From positions 67,373 through 131,372 of the forward strand of contig VGBL01000005.1 of assembly GCA_016870515.1 (NCBI GenBank): a DNA stretch of 64,000 nt. The letters run 5' to 3'. The stretch is from Actinomycetota bacterium. Its GTDB lineage: Bacteria; Actinomycetota; Actinomycetes; S36-B12. The position numbers and the translations under genes are program-made. A model generated the notes under the pieces. It saw only the letters and a program-made list of their open reading frames with translations. It was not told where the DNA came from and ran no database searches. This document shows positions 19,408 to 31,731 of the stretch, piece after piece. Every line of letters begins with the position of its first letter. The first letter of the stretch is position 1.

Positions 19408-20243
19408 GACGGCTCCCCCGGCGACGTGCCTGGGTCGTCGGCGACCGGCCGCTTGGCCGGACCGTAGGTGGCCTCGCCGCTGGTCAGGGCAGCCGTCTCG
19501 GCAACGGCCGCGGTGTCGACCGGGCGCAGGTCGCCACGCGCACGCAGCGGGCCAGGGACGGAGATATCCGCCACCGACCCATCGGGAAGGAGGGCGGGAG
19601 TGTCGACGGCGTTGTGCCGGGCGTAGACGCCCGGAGGCGGCAGCGGCGCAGGATGAATCCCGCCACGAGTGCGCTCCTGGGAGATCTCGCGCTGAGTGCG
19701 TCGAGGCTGCCACCGCTCGCGGTGAGCGAGCACGAGGGCGCCGAGCGCTGCGACGACCAGCAGACCGGCAACGATCTCGAAGGCGAGGACGTATTCGGAG
19801 AAGAGCAGGCGGGCAAGCCCTTCGACATTGCCGCCGTATTCACCGTTGGCTCCGTCGAGGCCGACGACGGGTACGCCGTTCAGCGCGCTGCCGAGGCCGA
19901 TGGCAAGGAGGAGGCCGAATCCCACGGCTAGGAGGATGCCGGCGACGCGCTGCCCCCTGAGGGTTTCGACCAGGGAGTCAGACGAGTCGACACCTACGAC
20001 CATGAGCACGAACAGGAAGAGCATCATGACGGCACCGGTGTAGACGATGATCTGGACCATGCCGAGGAACGGCGCTGCATTGGCGATGTAGAGCACCGCC
20101 AGGCTGATCATCGTCAGGGCGACCCAAAGCGCACTATGCACGGCGCGTCGCGACAAGATGAGCCCGATACCGCCCACCACTGATAGGAATGCGCAGACCC
20201 AGAAGACCACGGCTTCGGCCGCGCTGGGGTCGGTCGAGGTCAC
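19404..20243 (-). CDS. nuoJ: NADH-quinone oxidoreductase subunit J
   Basis: NuoJ TM core ([22 protein letters not shown]...) plus a Pro/Ala-rich C-terminal tail. GTG 20243 overlaps the nuoI stop (GTGA). Alternative ATG at 20270. Confidence 0.88.
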   Translation of the reverse strand: MTSTDPSAAEAVVFWVCAFLSVVGGIGLILSRRAVHSALWVALTMISLAVLYIANAAPFLGMVQIIVYTGAVMMLFLFVLMVVGVDSSDSLVETLRGQRVAGILLAVGFGLLLAIGLGSALNGVPVVGLDGANGEYGGNVEGLARLLFSEYVLAFEIVAGLLVVAALGALVLAHRERWQPRRTQREISQERTRGGIHPAPLPPPGVYARHNAVDTPALLPDGSVADISVPGPLRARGDLRPVDTAAVAETAALTSGEATYGPAKRPVADDPGTSPGEPS

Positions 20244-20818
20244 GCCTTGTATCCCTGTTTCTCGAACCATATGGCGGCATCGCCATCCGGCTCCTGCTCG
20301 GGTACCGAACCTGAGACTTGACCGGCGTAGTAGTCCTTCTCGGTGGTGCCCGGCACCATGCTGTGCGGCGGGGCGATCATGCCCGGGAGGAGCGGCGCGA
20401 GGAGTTCTGACTTCTCGAAGATGAGATCGGCCCGATTGTCGTCGGCGAGCTCGTAGACATTGGTCATCGTGAGCGCGCGGGTCGGACAGGCTTCGATGCA
20501 CAGACCGCAGAAGATGCAGCGCAGGTAGTTGATCTGGTAGACCCGGCCATAGCGCTCACCGGGTGAGAAGCGCTCGGTGTCGGTGTTGTCTGCGCCTTCC
20601 ACCAGGATGGCGTCGGCAGGGCATGCCCAGGCGCACAGCTCGCAGCCAACGCACTTCTCGAGTCCATCGGGCCAGCGATTGAGCTGGTGACGTCCGTGGA
20701 AGCGTGGCTTGGGTGGGAATCGATCTGCCTGCTCGGGATACTGCTCGGTCACGACCTTCTTGAACATCGTCTTGAAGGTGACGCCGAATCCGCGGACGGC
20801 GGGAGGCAGCTCAGGCAT
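20240..20818 (-). CDS. nuoI: NADH-quinone oxidoreductase subunit I
   Basis: [12 protein letters not shown] and [12 protein letters not shown] (2x[4Fe-4S]). ATG 20818 lies 5 nt after the nuoH stop. Confidence 0.92.
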   Translation of the reverse strand: MPELPPAVRGFGVTFKTMFKKVVTEQYPEQADRFPPKPRFHGRHQLNRWPDGLEKCVGCELCAWACPADAILVEGADNTDTERFSPGERYGRVYQINYLRCIFCGLCIEACPTRALTMTNVYELADDNRADLIFEKSELLAPLLPGMIAPPHSMVPGTTEKDYYAGQVSGSVPEQEPDGDAAIWFEKQGYKA

Positions 20819-22178
20819 GGGTGCCCTCCTCCGGATCGCTGGTGCTCGGCACGGGCGCATCCGCCGACTCGCCGGGCAAGACCGCGGTGGCCGTGCGTGT
20901 TGCGGTGCCCTCCACGACGGCGGCCTTGGCTCGACGCGAGGTGTAGGTGAACTCCTGGCCCGGGAGCGGAGGCACGGGGTAGCCGCCTGCGTAGGGGTCG
21001 AAGGGCTTGTCCATCTCCGCCTTTGCCGCTTCAACCTGCGCCCGCTCCCTGCGCTCGGAACGCACCTGCAGCACCCACGAGCCCACGATGATGACGACGA
21101 GCAGGCCTCCGCCGAGGAGGAGCAGCTCCTGGGTGGTCACGGAGAACTCATTGCGCACGACTCTCGCCGCGGCCACGATGACGATCCACAGAAGAGATGC
21201 GGGGATCAGGACCTTCCAGCCGAAGCGCATGAACTGGTCGTAGCGAAGTCGCGGAAGCGTGCCGCGCAGCCAGATGAAGGCGAAGATGAACAGCTGCACC
21301 TTGACAAACCACCAGAGCAGCGGCCACCAGCCGACATTGGCACCATCCCACAGCGACAGTGGCCAGGGCGCGATCCATCCGCCGAGGAAGAGCGTGGTTG
21401 CAAGGGCCGAGACGGTGACCATGTTGATGTATTCGGCGAGGAAGAAGAGCGCGAACTTCAGCGAGGAGTACTCCGTGTGGAAGCCCCCGACGAGCTCACC
21501 CTCGGCCTCAGGCAGGTCGAAAGGCGCCCGGTTGGTCTCACCCACCATGGCGGTCGCGTAGATCAGGAGCGACGGGAGCAGGATTACGGCATACCAGATG
21601 GGCTCCTGCGCGGCCACGATGCCCGAGGTCGACATCGTGCCTGCATAGAGGAATACCGCCACGAATGACATCGACATCGCGAGCTCATAGGAGATCATCT
21701 GCGCCGACGACCTGAGGCCGCCGAGCAGCGGATAGGTGGACCCGGACGACCACCCGGCCAGCACGATGCCGTAGACGCCGATCGACGCGATCGCCAGCAC
21801 GTAGAGCACAGAGACGGGGAAGTCGGTCAGTTGCAGCGGTGTCTCGACGCCGAAGATGCTCACCATCGGTCCGAAGGGGATGACAGCGAACGCCAGGAAG
21901 GCCATGGTCGCCGAGATGACGGGGGCGATCCAGTAGACGGCGAGGTGCGCGGTCTTGGGAATGATTTCTTCCTTGAGGCCGAGTTTGAAGCCGTCCATAA
22001 GGGATTGGAGGAGCCCGAAGGGACCCACGCGGTTGGGTCCGATGCGGTTTTGCATGCGCGAGACTACTCGGCGCTCCCACCAGATGGTGAAGAGCGTCAT
22101 GAGCACCAGGCCGACGAAGATGGCCAGGACCTTCAGGATGATCAGCCACCAGGGGTCGTTGAACGTGTATTCGCTCAT
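20811..22178 (-). CDS. nuoH: NADH-quinone oxidoreductase subunit H
   Basis: Conserved N-terminus [17 protein letters not shown]...[29 protein letters not shown] overlap with the nuoG stop. About 90-aa C-terminal extension. Confidence 0.92.
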   Translation of the reverse strand: MSEYTFNDPWWLIILKVLAIFVGLVLMTLFTIWWERRVVSRMQNRIGPNRVGPFGLLQSLMDGFKLGLKEEIIPKTAHLAVYWIAPVISATMAFLAFAVIPFGPMVSIFGVETPLQLTDFPVSVLYVLAIASIGVYGIVLAGWSSGSTYPLLGGLRSSAQMISYELAMSMSFVAVFLYAGTMSTSGIVAAQEPIWYAVILLPSLLIYATAMVGETNRAPFDLPEAEGELVGGFHTEYSSLKFALFFLAEYINMVTVSALATTLFLGGWIAPWPLSLWDGANVGWWPLLWWFVKVQLFIFAFIWLRGTLPRLRYDQFMRFGWKVLIPASLLWIVIVAAARVVRNEFSVTTQELLLLGGGLLVVIIVGSWVLQVRSERRERAQVEAAKAEMDKPFDPYAGGYPVPPLPGQEFTYTSRRAKAAVVEGTATRTATAVLPGESADAPVPSTSDPEEGTHA

Positions 22179-24616
22179 CGCGCACCTCCGGTGACGCGGA
22201 CGACGGAGCCGTAGGTGGCGCCGATGCCGAGAAGAGCACAGCCCTCCGAATTGAGCGGCGCCCACACGGCACCGTCTGCGACGTCGCCGATGGCCAGTGG
22301 AAGCGTGACCGAACCCCTGGCCGTCGACAGCGTGACGGTCGCAGCATTGGCCACGCCCAGGGAATTCGCAGTCGCCCGCGACATGACGGCCTCGGTGGGT
22401 CGAGCGGTGGCGGCCAGGTGGGGTTCGCCCTCCTGGAGGCGTCCGCGATCGAGCAGCAGGCGCCAAGTGGCAAGGAGCGCGTAGCCGGACTCCGGAGTGG
22501 GGGCCGCGGACGATGCAACCTGCGGCGCGGCTGCCCGCGTCACCGTGGAGGGGGTGAGCGAATCGAGTTCGGCGCGCAGCGAGGCCACGTCGCCCGTGCC
22601 GAAGGGGACCTCCATGACGTCGGCGACCATGGCGAGGATGCGGCCATCGGCCACGCTCGACGACTCGCGGATCGCGGGACCGAAAGAGCGGACGCGTCCC
22701 TCCCAGTCGGTGAAGCCACCGGCCTTCTCGGCCACCACTGCGGACGGGAATACGACGTCAGCGCGCTCGGTGACCTCGTTGTGGTGCGTGGATACGGCGA
22801 CGAGGAACGGGACCTCGTCGAGGGCTTGGCGGAAGGCGCCAGCCTCGGGAGAGTCCTCGACGTCGAGGCCGGCCACCAGCAGCGCCTGCACGGCGGGTTC
22901 GGAATCGGCATCCGCGCGCGCCGCATCGGACCGGATCGCCGCGATCACCTGGCTCGACGATCGGCCAATCCGCGACGGGAGCACATCGCTGCGGACGCCC
23001 CAGACAGCGGCGACCTGCGCCCGTGCGCCCTCGTCGGTCACTTGGCGTCCCCCGGGCAGCAAGCCGGGCAGGGCTCCCGCGTCGAGGGCGCCGCGCTCAC
23101 CGGCACGCCGGGGCACCCAGCCGAGCTTGGCTCCGGTGGCATCGGCCAGTGCCGCGGCCGCTGACAGCGCGCCCGGGACGCCGGCAAGGCGCTCGCCGAT
23201 CAGGATGACGGCACCGGGTTGGCGAAGGCCGGCAAGCGCGTCGGCCCCCTGCGGCCCGTCGATGATCTGGCGGAGTGCCCAGGCCTCATTGCCAGGCTGG
23301 CACGCCCACCATGACGCTTGCAGTTTGTCGAGGGATCTCGTGCGTACGGCGCTGATGGCCTGCACGCGCAGGCCATGCGATCGGACGGCCTTGCGCAGGC
23401 GAAGGAAGATAATGGGTGACTCGTCTTCGGTCTCGAGCCCGGCCAGGAGCACGAGTGGCGCGTGATCGAGATCGGAGTAGGTGGGCCCGAGACGTCGGCC
23501 GGCGACCATCGATGCCAGGAATTGCGCTTCTTCATCGCCGCTGACGCGGTTGCGGAAGTCGATGTCATTGGTGCCCAGTGCCAGGCGGGCGAACTTCGCA
23601 TAGGCGTAGGCATCCTCACGGGTGAGACGGCCGCCGGTGAGCACGCCCGCCCGCCCACGAGCAGCCGCCAGGCCATGCGCGGCGGTGTCGAGCGCCTCAG
23701 GCCACGACGCGACGCGAAGCCGACCGTCCTCGCGCACGAGGGGTGTCTCGACGCGGCCGTCGGCGGTGTAGAGGAAGGCAAAGCGACCCTTGTCGCAGTT
23801 CCAGTCCTCATTTACCTCCGGGTCATCCCAAGCCAGCCGACGCGTGATCACGCCGCGGCGCACGTCGGTGCGCAGCGCGCACCCCGATGCACAGTGCTCG
23901 CAGGCAGTGGGTGTCGAGACGAGGTCGAACGGGCGAGAGCGGAAGCGGTAGAGCGAGCTGGTGAGTGCCCCCACCGGACAGATCTGGATAGTGTTGCCCG
24001 AGTAGTAGGAGTCGAATGGAGCATCGGGGCCGATGCCCACCTGCTGCTGCGCACCGCGCTCGAGGAGTTCCAGCATGGGGTCGCCCGCGATCTGATCGGC
24101 AAAGCGCGTGCAGCGTGCGCAAGACACGCAGCGCTCGCGGTCGAGCAGAATCTGCGCGCTGACATTGATGGGCTTGGGGAAGGTGCGTCGCTTCTCGTCG
24201 AAGCGGGCCTCGGGTCGCCCGACGGTCATCGCCTGGTTTTGCAGGGGGCACTCGCCACCCTTGTCGCAGACAGGGCAGTCCAGCGGGTGATTGAGGAGCA
24301 GGAACTCCATCACCCCCTCCTGAGCCTCTTTAGCCAGCTCGGAGGTGCGCTGGGTCTTGATCACCATGCCGTCGGTGACGGTCTGGGCGCAGGCGGGCTG
24401 GGGCTGGCCCTGGCCGTCGATCTCGATCAGGCACATGCGGCATGCGGCGACGGGATCGAGAAGAGGGTGATCGCAAAAGCGCGGGATCTCGATCCCCATC
24501 AACTCCGCGACGCGGATGATCAGCATGCCCTTGGGCACCCGAACCTCGATGCCGTCGACCGACACAGTCACGGTATCGACGGGCTGGACCGATGTCTGGT
24601 GCGGAGCGAGTGTCAT
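22175..24616 (-). CDS. nuoG: NADH-quinone oxidoreductase subunit G
   Basis: 813 aa with an N-terminal 2Fe-2S/4Fe-4S cysteine region ([21 protein letters not shown]) and a molybdopterin-like fold. ATGA overlap with the nuoF stop. Confidence 0.92.
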   Translation of the reverse strand: MTLAPHQTSVQPVDTVTVSVDGIEVRVPKGMLIIRVAELMGIEIPRFCDHPLLDPVAACRMCLIEIDGQGQPQPACAQTVTDGMVIKTQRTSELAKEAQEGVMEFLLLNHPLDCPVCDKGGECPLQNQAMTVGRPEARFDEKRRTFPKPINVSAQILLDRERCVSCARCTRFADQIAGDPMLELLERGAQQQVGIGPDAPFDSYYSGNTIQICPVGALTSSLYRFRSRPFDLVSTPTACEHCASGCALRTDVRRGVITRRLAWDDPEVNEDWNCDKGRFAFLYTADGRVETPLVREDGRLRVASWPEALDTAAHGLAAARGRAGVLTGGRLTREDAYAYAKFARLALGTNDIDFRNRVSGDEEAQFLASMVAGRRLGPTYSDLDHAPLVLLAGLETEDESPIIFLRLRKAVRSHGLRVQAISAVRTRSLDKLQASWWACQPGNEAWALRQIIDGPQGADALAGLRQPGAVILIGERLAGVPGALSAAAALADATGAKLGWVPRRAGERGALDAGALPGLLPGGRQVTDEGARAQVAAVWGVRSDVLPSRIGRSSSQVIAAIRSDAARADADSEPAVQALLVAGLDVEDSPEAGAFRQALDEVPFLVAVSTHHNEVTERADVVFPSAVVAEKAGGFTDWEGRVRSFGPAIRESSSVADGRILAMVADVMEVPFGTGDVASLRAELDSLTPSTVTRAAAPQVASSAAPTPESGYALLATWRLLLDRGRLQEGEPHLAATARPTEAVMSRATANSLGVANAATVTLSTARGSVTLPLAIGDVADGAVWAPLNSEGCALLGIGATYGSVVRVTGGAR

Positions 24617-25923
24617 CGCGGCGCCAGCTCGGTGAAGAGGTAGCTGGCGGCCGACGGGTAGGTCTCGTCGACCGGCGTGTGGGTGGCTGCCTCGAACTCG
24701 TCGCGGAAGTACTTCATCGCGGCGGGGTAGGGGGTGGCCGCGGCGTCGCCAAGGGCGCAGAAGGACCGGCCCGTGATGTTGGCGCACAAATCCTCGAGGA
24801 GCTTCATGTCGGGATCTGTGCCGGCACCGTGTTCGAAGCGGTCGAGCACGCCGGTGATCCAGTAGGTGCCCTCACGACACGGCGTGCACTTGCCGCATGA
24901 CTCGTGCTTGTAGAACTCCAGCCACCGCGTGACCGCCTTCACCACGCTGATGGTGCTGTTGAAGACCATGGGGGTGCCCGTGCCGAGCATGGTGCCGGCC
25001 TCGGCCATGGCCTCGTAGGTGAGAGGCGTGTCGAGGTGGTCTGCCGTGAGCATGGGCACTGACGAGCCGCCGGGGATCCAGAACTTCACCGTGCCATCGC
25101 CGCCGCGAACGCCACCGGCGTAGTCGAGGAGTTCGCGCATGGTGATGCCCAGGGGCGCCTCGTAGATGCCCGGGCGGTTGACGTGTCCGGAGACCGCGAA
25201 GACCTTGAAGCCCGGTGACTTCTCGGTGCCGAACTGGCGGAACCACTCGACGCCGTTGTTCACGATCCAAGGGATGTTGGCGATCGTCTCGACGTTGTTG
25301 ACGACGGTCGGATCGGCGTAGAGGCCGTGCGTCGCCGGGAAGGGCGGCTTCAGACGCGGCTGGCCCCGGCGTCCCTCGAGCGAGTCGAGCAGGGCCGTCT
25401 CCTCACCGCAGATGTAGGCCCCGGCGCCGGAGTGGACGGTGACGCGCAGGTTGTAGCCCGAGCCCTGGATGTTGTCGCCGATCAGGCCTGCCTGCTCGGC
25501 CTCGCGCACGGCCGAGGCCACCCGGCGAATCGCCTGGGGAACCTCGCCTCGGATGTAGATGAACGTGTGATGCGCGCGTATGGCGTATGACGAGATGATC
25601 ACGCCCTCGAGGAGTGCATGGGGGTTGGCCATCATGATCGGCACGTCCTTACACGCGCCCGGCTCCGACTCGTCGGCGTTGACCACGAGGTAGTGGGGCT
25701 TGCCGTCGTTCTGCGGCACGAAGCTCCACTTCAGACCGGTGGGGAAGCCCGCACCGCCGCGACCACGCAGACCGGTGTCCTTCACCTGCGCGATGATCGA
25801 GTCGGGATCCATGGCCAGTGCCTTGGGCAGCGCGCGGTAGCCGTCGTGGCGCTTGTAGCCCTCGAGGGTGAAGTAGTCGGGGACATCCCAGTGCGCGGTG
25901 ATAACCGGTGTCAACGGTGTCAT
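24613..25923 (-). CDS. nuoF: NADH-quinone oxidoreductase subunit F
   Basis: GLRGRGGAGFPTGLKWSF FMN/NADH site and a C-terminal ESCGKCTPCREG 4Fe-4S motif. Confidence 0.95.
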   Translation of the reverse strand: MTPLTPVITAHWDVPDYFTLEGYKRHDGYRALPKALAMDPDSIIAQVKDTGLRGRGGAGFPTGLKWSFVPQNDGKPHYLVVNADESEPGACKDVPIMMANPHALLEGVIISSYAIRAHHTFIYIRGEVPQAIRRVASAVREAEQAGLIGDNIQGSGYNLRVTVHSGAGAYICGEETALLDSLEGRRGQPRLKPPFPATHGLYADPTVVNNVETIANIPWIVNNGVEWFRQFGTEKSPGFKVFAVSGHVNRPGIYEAPLGITMRELLDYAGGVRGGDGTVKFWIPGGSSVPMLTADHLDTPLTYEAMAEAGTMLGTGTPMVFNSTISVVKAVTRWLEFYKHESCGKCTPCREGTYWITGVLDRFEHGAGTDPDMKLLEDLCANITGRSFCALGDAAATPYPAAMKYFRDEFEAATHTPVDETYPSAASYLFTELAPR

Positions 25924-25924
25924 G

Positions 25925-26584
25925 TCAGGCTCCCTGCGCCGTTGCCGGGGGGGCCGACATGCCCCGCTGATTGGCCACGGTGAGGCCCGCCAGCATGATC
26001 GCGTCGGCCTCGCCTCCCTCGCCGGCGAGCCCGTCGTCGGGGAAGGCGAGGGTGTGCTCGGTCGCCTGGAAGTCGCGGATGGCCGGGCCTCGAGTGGAGA
26101 CGACCATCTCGCCGCGCGCCAGACGATCGATGACCTCGACGGCGCTAGCGGGTGTCTGGCAGTCCATGAACTCCCAGTCGACGGTCATGACAGGGGCGTG
26201 CGTGCACGCCGCCTGGCATTCGATGCGCTCGAGCCAGAAGGTGCCGTCCACGTCGGTCTGGTTGTGCCCCGCGCCCAGTCGCTCCGACACGGCGTCGTAG
26301 ACCGCATCCCCACCGAGCAGTGCGCAGAGCGTGTTGGTGCAGATGCCGATGTGGTGCTTGCCCACCGGACTGCGCTTGTACATGGTGTAGAAGGTGGCGA
26401 CCGCGTTGACCTCGGCGGTGGTGAGGTCGAGCACCTCCGCGACCATCGCGATGCCCTCTGGAGTGATTTCGTCCTGCACGCTCTGGGCGAGGTGAAGGAT
26501 CGGCATGATCGCCGAGCGCTTGTGGGGGTAGCGGTGGATGATCTCGGCCATGCTGGCCCGCGTCTGTTCGGTGAGGGGATTCAT
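25925..26584 (-). CDS. nuoE: NADH-quinone oxidoreductase subunit E
   Basis: 2Fe-2S thioredoxin-like fold ([12 protein letters not shown]...[10 protein letters not shown]). ATGA overlap with the nuoD stop. ORF trimmed from 26659. Confidence 0.92.
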   Translation of the reverse strand: MNPLTEQTRASMAEIIHRYPHKRSAIMPILHLAQSVQDEITPEGIAMVAEVLDLTTAEVNAVATFYTMYKRSPVGKHHIGICTNTLCALLGGDAVYDAVSERLGAGHNQTDVDGTFWLERIECQAACTHAPVMTVDWEFMDCQTPASAVEVIDRLARGEMVVSTRGPAIRDFQATEHTLAFPDDGLAGEGGEADAIMLAGLTVANQRGMSAPPATAQGA

Positions 26585-27951
26585 CGGTCGACGCCCCCCA
26601 TCACGGGATCGATGCTCGCCACGGCGGCAATGACGTCGGACACCATGCTTCCGTCGCACATCGCGGCCGTCGACTGCAGGTTATTGAACGACGCGTCACG
26701 GAAGTGCACGCGGTAGGGGCGGGTGCCGCCGGTGCTTACTACATGAGCCCCGAGCTCGCCGCGCGGAGACTCGATCGCGGAGTAGACCTGGCCGGGAGGC
26801 ACTCGGAAGCCCTCGGTGACGAGCTTGAAGTGATGGATGAGCGCCTCCATTGACTCGGACATGATCTCCTTGACGTGCTCGGGGGAGTTGCCCTGGCCGT
26901 CGCTCCCGATCGACAGGCGAGCTGGCCAGCCGATCTTCTTGTCTTCGATCATCACCGGTCCGGGACGCAAGCGATCGAGCGCCTGCTCGACGATCTTGAT
27001 CGACTCGTGCATCTCGCCCACGCGGATGAGGAAGCGTCCGTAGACGTCGCAGGTGTCAGTGGTCTGCACCTCGAACTCGTAGTTTTCGTAGCCGCAGTAG
27101 GGCTGCGACTTGCGCAGGTCGTGCGGCAGGCCGGTGGAGCGCAGAATCGGCCCGGTGATGCCGAGTGCCATGCAGGAGGAGAGGTCGAGGTAGCCGATGC
27201 CGACCGTGCGACCCATCCAGATCGCGTTGTCGACGAGCAGGTCGCTGGTGTCCTTGAGTCGCTTCTTCAGCAGCGGCAGGGTCTCGCGGATCCGAGCCAC
27301 CTGGTCGTCGGTGATGTCCTGTGCGACACCGCCGGGACGCACGTAGGCGCTGTTCATGCGCAACCCGGTGACCATCTCGAAGATGTCGAGGATGAGCTCG
27401 CGCTCGCGGAAGCCGAAGATCATCGCCGTCAGGGCGCCGAGCTCCATGCCGCCCGTCGCCAGCGCGACCAGGTGCGAGGAGATGCGATTGAGCTCCATCA
27501 TCATCACGCGGATGGTGGAGGCACGATCGGTTATCTCATCGGTGACCCCGAGCAGCTTCTCCACGCCCAGGCAATAGGCCGTCTCATTGAAGAACGGCGA
27601 CAGGTAGTCCATGCGAGTCACGAAGGTCACGCCCTGGGTCCAGGTGCGGTATTCCATGTTCTTCTCGATGCCGGTGTGGAGGTAGCCGATGCCGCACCGA
27701 GTCTCGGTGACGGTCTCGCCCTCGAGCTCGAGGATCAGTCGAAGCACGCCGTGGGTGGAGGGGTGCTGGGGGCCCATGTTGACGACGATGCGTTCCTTCT
27801 CGCCCTCGCTCGGCGGAGTCACGGTGTCCCAGTCGCCACCCGACAGCGTGAAGACGCGGCCCTCGCTCGTGTCATAGGAGTCGGCGTAGGCGTCGTCATC
27901 GATAGCACTCTCGTAGGCCACGTCTTCGGCGCTCATGTTGTCGGTGCTCAT
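26581..27951 (-). CDS. nuoD: NADH-quinone oxidoreductase subunit D
   Basis: 456 aa. [14 protein letters not shown] and the C-terminal ...[10 protein letters not shown] are hallmarks of the 49-kDa subunit. Confidence 0.95.
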   Translation of the reverse strand: MSTDNMSAEDVAYESAIDDDAYADSYDTSEGRVFTLSGGDWDTVTPPSEGEKERIVVNMGPQHPSTHGVLRLILELEGETVTETRCGIGYLHTGIEKNMEYRTWTQGVTFVTRMDYLSPFFNETAYCLGVEKLLGVTDEITDRASTIRVMMMELNRISSHLVALATGGMELGALTAMIFGFRERELILDIFEMVTGLRMNSAYVRPGGVAQDITDDQVARIRETLPLLKKRLKDTSDLLVDNAIWMGRTVGIGYLDLSSCMALGITGPILRSTGLPHDLRKSQPYCGYENYEFEVQTTDTCDVYGRFLIRVGEMHESIKIVEQALDRLRPGPVMIEDKKIGWPARLSIGSDGQGNSPEHVKEIMSESMEALIHHFKLVTEGFRVPPGQVYSAIESPRGELGAHVVSTGGTRPYRVHFRDASFNNLQSTAAMCDGSMVSDVIAAVASIDPVMGGVDR

Positions 27952-28697
27952 CAGGAGTAGACCCTCCGCTCGTCAGGCGGGGGGACCTCGGCGCCCTTGT
28001 ATTCGACCGGGATGCCGCCGAGCGGATAGTCCTTGCGCTGCGGGTGACCCAGCCAGTCGTCGGGCATCTCGATGCGCGTCAGCGCTGGATGGCCGTCAAA
28101 GATGATGCCGAAGAAGTCGTAGGTCTCGCGTTCGTGCCAGTCGTTGGCGGGGTAGACGCTGACGATCGAGGGGATGTGCGGGTCGGTATCAGGGCAGGTC
28201 ACCTCGACGCGCACCCGACGGTTGTGGGTGATCGACAGGAAGGGGTAGACGGCGCGGAGTTCGCGACCCTTGTCTGCGAGGAAGTGCACGCCGCTGACAC
28301 CCATGCACATCTCGAAACGCAGGGCCGGCTCGTCGCGGAGCGCGCTGACGAAGGTGAGCAGATGCTCCCGCCGCACCACGAAGGTGATCTCGCCGCAGTG
28401 GACGACCACTTTCTCGACCGCCGTCGTCATGGGCACGCCGCGATCGGCCAGCGCGAGGGCGAGTTCGTCGGTGGCCTCGTCGAACCAGCCTCCGTAGGGG
28501 GGGAATGACGGGCCCGGCATGACGATCGGAGCGACGAGACCGCCGAAGCCGGATGTGTCGCCGCCATCGACGGATCCGAAGGCTCCGTGCCGTACGCCGA
28601 CTACCTCGAGTTCGATCGCTCCCTCGGGTAGGTCGGTGACTTGCGCGGCGACCTCGAGGCTCGCCTCGGCCGGGGTCACCGGCGTCTGGTCGGTCAT
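27951..28697 (-). CDS. nuoC: NADH-quinone oxidoreductase subunit C
   Basis: [23 protein letters not shown] and HPQRKDYPL motifs. Its stop shares one nucleotide with the nuoD start. Confidence 0.93.
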   Translation of the reverse strand: MTDQTPVTPAEASLEVAAQVTDLPEGAIELEVVGVRHGAFGSVDGGDTSGFGGLVAPIVMPGPSFPPYGGWFDEATDELALALADRGVPMTTAVEKVVVHCGEITFVVRREHLLTFVSALRDEPALRFEMCMGVSGVHFLADKGRELRAVYPFLSITHNRRVRVEVTCPDTDPHIPSIVSVYPANDWHERETYDFFGIIFDGHPALTRIEMPDDWLGHPQRKDYPLGGIPVEYKGAEVPPPDERRVYS

Positions 28698-29248
28698 CGC
28701 AGGAGGCCCCGCATCTCGAGCGTGGGCGCGGCGGTGAGCGCTGCCGCCTCGACGAGGTCTTGCTCGCGGACGGCGTTGGCGCCCATCTTCATGTCTTGGA
28801 TCTGGTCATGGATCTTCAAGATGGCGTCGATGAGCATCTCCGGCCGGGGCGGGCAGCCCGGAAGGTACATGTCGACGGGGACGACGTGGTCGACGCCCTG
28901 CACGATCGCGTAGTTGTTGAACATTCCGCCGCTCGACGCGCACACGCCCATAGCCAGGACCCACTTGGGGTTGGGCATCTGGTCGTAGATCTGGCGGAGC
29001 ACGGGTGCCATCTTCTGGCTGACGCGCCCGGCGACGATCATGAGATCAGCTTGGCGCGGCGATGCGCGGAAGACCTCCATGCCGAATCGTGCGATGTCGT
29101 AGCGCGGACCGCCGACGGCCATCATCTCGATCGCGCAGCAGGCAAGCCCGAATGTGGCGGGCCACAGCGAGCCCTTGCGCGCGTAACCCGCGACCTTCTC
29201 GACAGTGGTGAGCAGGACGCCCGACGGCAGCTTCTCCTCAAGACCCAT
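28694..29248 (-). CDS. nuoB: NADH-quinone oxidoreductase subunit B
   Basis: [27 protein letters not shown] and [10 protein letters not shown] (N2 cluster ligands). Confidence 0.95.
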   Translation of the reverse strand: MGLEEKLPSGVLLTTVEKVAGYARKGSLWPATFGLACCAIEMMAVGGPRYDIARFGMEVFRASPRQADLMIVAGRVSQKMAPVLRQIYDQMPNPKWVLAMGVCASSGGMFNNYAIVQGVDHVVPVDMYLPGCPPRPEMLIDAILKIHDQIQDMKMGANAVREQDLVEAAALTAAPTLEMRGLLR

Positions 29249-29251
29249 GGC

Positions 29252-29611
29252 TCAGTCCCAGTCCAGTCCGCCGCGACGCCATTCGTAGACGTACGGCACG
29301 GTGAGGTTGAATAGGAAGAGCATCATGGCCAGGAACACGAAGAGCGGCAACTGGTCGAAGGCGACGGCCCACGGATAGAGGAACACGATCTCGATGTCGA
29401 AGATGATGAACATCATCGCTGTGAGGTAGTACTTCACGGGGAAGCGTCCGCCACCCATGGGCTGCGGTGTGGGCTCAATGCCGCACTCGTAGGCGTCGAC
29501 CTTGGCCCGGTTGTAGCGCTTGGGGCCGGTAAATGTCGTGAGCGTGACGCTGAAAACGGCGAACCCGGCGGCTAGGAGACCCAGCACAAGGATCGGCGCG
29601 TAGGCGTCCAC
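29252..29611 (-). CDS. nuoA: NADH-quinone oxidoreductase subunit A
   Basis: 119 aa with three TMs and the YECGIEP motif. GTG 29611 has AAAGGAG upstream. Confidence 0.92.
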   Translation of the reverse strand: MDAYAPILVLGLLAAGFAVFSVTLTTFTGPKRYNRAKVDAYECGIEPTPQPMGGGRFPVKYYLTAMMFIIFDIEIVFLYPWAVAFDQLPLFVFLAMMLFLFNLTVPYVYEWRRGGLDWD

Positions 29612-29682
29612 CGAACCAGAGCTCCTTTAGTGGCAGGGGGCCCAGCGGCCCTTGTACGCAGTCTACCGACGGCCGAGGGGGG

Positions 29683-30372
29683 TCATCGGCGCCCCCGGTG
29701 GAGCGCGACGACGCCAACGGTGAGGTTGAGCCAGGCGACACCTCGCCAGCCAGCGTCGTTCATGATGACCGCCAATTCCGCCTGGTCCGGCCAGGCCCGA
29801 ATGGACTCCGCCAGATAGACGTAGGCGTCGGGATTGGACGACGTACGCCGGGCAATCCCGGGCAGCGCCCCCATGAGATAGCGCGAATAGATGGTGCGGA
29901 AGGGCCCGAAGACAGGGTGAGAGAACTCACACACGACGATGCGGCCACCGAGCCGGGTCACTCGTCGCAGCTCGGACAGCGCCTGCCGGGGGTCGGCTGT
30001 GTTGCGTAGCCCGAACGACACGGTGACGGCATCGAAGGACTCGTCGGCGAAGGGCAGCCGGAGCGCATCGCCGGCCACGAAGGGCAGCGCGGGCTCGCGG
30101 CGGCGGCCGACTCGGAGCATGCCCAGGGAGAAGTCGCACGGCACGACCACCGCGCCTCTGGCCGCCAGGGGCGCACTCGAGGTACCGGTGCCGGCCGCCA
30201 GGTCGAGGATGCGCTCCCCTGGGAGGGGCCGGATCGCGTTCACGAGTGCCCTGCGCCACAGGCGCGTCTGGCCAAGGGCCAGCAGGTCATTGGTGAGGTC
30301 GTAGCGATCGGCGACCTCGTCGAACATCGCGGCCACCTCGTCGGGGCGCTTGTCGAGGTTGGCACGCAGCAC
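29683..30372 (-). CDS. menG: demethylmenaquinone methyltransferase
   Basis: [26 protein letters not shown] and the SAM motif [11 protein letters not shown] 30372 has GGGAGG 8 nt upstream. The long upstream ORF extension was rejected. Confidence 0.88.
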   Translation of the reverse strand: MLRANLDKRPDEVAAMFDEVADRYDLTNDLLALGQTRLWRRALVNAIRPLPGERILDLAAGTGTSSAPLAARGAVVVPCDFSLGMLRVGRRREPALPFVAGDALRLPFADESFDAVTVSFGLRNTADPRQALSELRRVTRLGGRIVVCEFSHPVFGPFRTIYSRYLMGALPGIARRTSSNPDAYVYLAESIRAWPDQAELAVIMNDAGWRGVAWLNLTVGVVALHRGRR

Positions 30373-30459
30373 CAGAGCATCCTCCCAGCGCGGCCCGCAT
30401 CGAGCCCGTCGGGAGGGCGCCAACCTGCCTAGCGGCCCATTTGGCCGTACGCTCGACGC

Positions 30460-31731
30460 GTGTCCACGCCCCTGCTGGTGACCACCACGGCGCCGCGCGT
30501 ACGCACCCTGCCGATCGAGGATCCCGGACCACTGCTCGAGCGCCTCCCCGACGCTTGCGGCACGGCATGGGTCAACGCAGGCGAAGGCCTCATCGGGTGG
30601 GGCGTCGCGGCCGTCGTCGAGGTCAACGGCGACGAGCGGTTCAGCCGCACGCAGCGCTGGTGGGTCGACTGGTGCCGACAGGCCGACATCGATGATCCCC
30701 TGCAGCTTCCCGGCACCGGTCCGGTGGCCTTCGGCTCGTTCACCTTCGACCCCAACCCGGCATCGGGGCGTATGTCGCGCATCGTGATCCCGCGGGCCGT
30801 GCTCGGTCGGCGCGACGGGCACGCATGGCTCACTGTCGTGGGCGACCCCGACGACATGCTGCCCTCTGACGCGCTGCTGCCCCCGCTCTGCACACCCCCG
30901 GCCCCGACCCGCGTCGACTGGTCTCGCGGCACGCGCACGGCGGAGGAGTGGAAGACATCTGTGGCTGATGTCATCGATCGCATCAGCCGCGGCGAGCTCG
31001 ACAAGGCAGTGTTAGCTCGCGACGTCATCGCCGAGGTCAGCGATGACTTCGACGTGCGCTATCTCCTGCAGCGTCTGGCAGCCGCCTACCCGGAGTGCTG
31101 GACCTTCCAGGTCGACGACATGGTGGGTGCCACCCCCGAGCTGCTCGTACGACGCACCAACGACGTCGTGCTGTCGCGCGTACTCGCCGGCACGGTGAAG
31201 CGGCGGGGCGACGAGGGCGAGGACGCCACCTTGGCCAAGGCGCTCCTCGGCAGCGACAAGGATCTCGAGGAGCACGTCTACGCGGTGCGCTCCGTGTCAC
31301 GCGCACTCGCTCATCACTGCACCGACCTACGAGTGCCCGCGCAGCCGCGAGTACTCCGCCTGTCCAACGTGCAGCACCTTGCCACCGACATCACCGGGCG
31401 TCTCGCCGACAGCGCGTCTGCGCTCGCGCTTGCCGCGTCGCTGCATCCCACCGCTGCAGTGTGCGGATCGCCAACCGAGCGCGCCTTCGCCGTGATCCGA
31501 GAGGTCGAAGGCATGGATCGCGGTCGTTACGCCGGGCCCGTCGGCTGGTTAGACAGCCGCGGCGACGGTGAGTTCGGCATCGCCCTGAGATGCGCCGAAA
31601 TACGATCCGGCTCCCTGCGCTTGTTCGCTGGCTGCGGCATCGTCTCGGGTTCAGATCCGGAGGCCGAGCTCGCCGAGTCACGCGCGAAGTTCGTGCCCAT
31701 CCGGTCAGCACTCGGCGATCCCGTCGTCTGA
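30460..31731 (+). CDS. menF: isochorismate synthase
   Basis: Chorismate-binding C-terminal domain ([28 protein letters not shown]). Located in the men cluster. Confidence 0.85.
   Translation: MSTPLLVTTTAPRVRTLPIEDPGPLLERLPDACGTAWVNAGEGLIGWGVAAVVEVNGDERFSRTQRWWVDWCRQADIDDPLQLPGTGPVAFGSFTFDPNPASGRMSRIVIPRAVLGRRDGHAWLTVVGDPDDMLPSDALLPPLCTPPAPTRVDWSRGTRTAEEWKTSVADVIDRISRGELDKAVLARDVIAEVSDDFDVRYLLQRLAAAYPECWTFQVDDMVGATPELLVRRTNDVVLSRVLAGTVKRRGDEGEDATLAKALLGSDKDLEEHVYAVRSVSRALAHHCTDLRVPAQPRVLRLSNVQHLATDITGRLADSASALALAASLHPTAAVCGSPTERAFAVIREVEGMDRGRYAGPVGWLDSRGDGEFGIALRCAEIRSGSLRLFAGCGIVSGSDPEAELAESRAKFVPIRSALGDPVV

Noticed and set aside
29612-29682. Rex operator or obvious promoter upstream of nuoA
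   Set aside because: I looked for TGTGAA..TTCACA-type palindromes in the 71-bp menG-nuoA spacer and found none. There is only a short GGGCC/GGCCC stem. nuo may be read through from menG or use a promoter I cannot recognise by eye.
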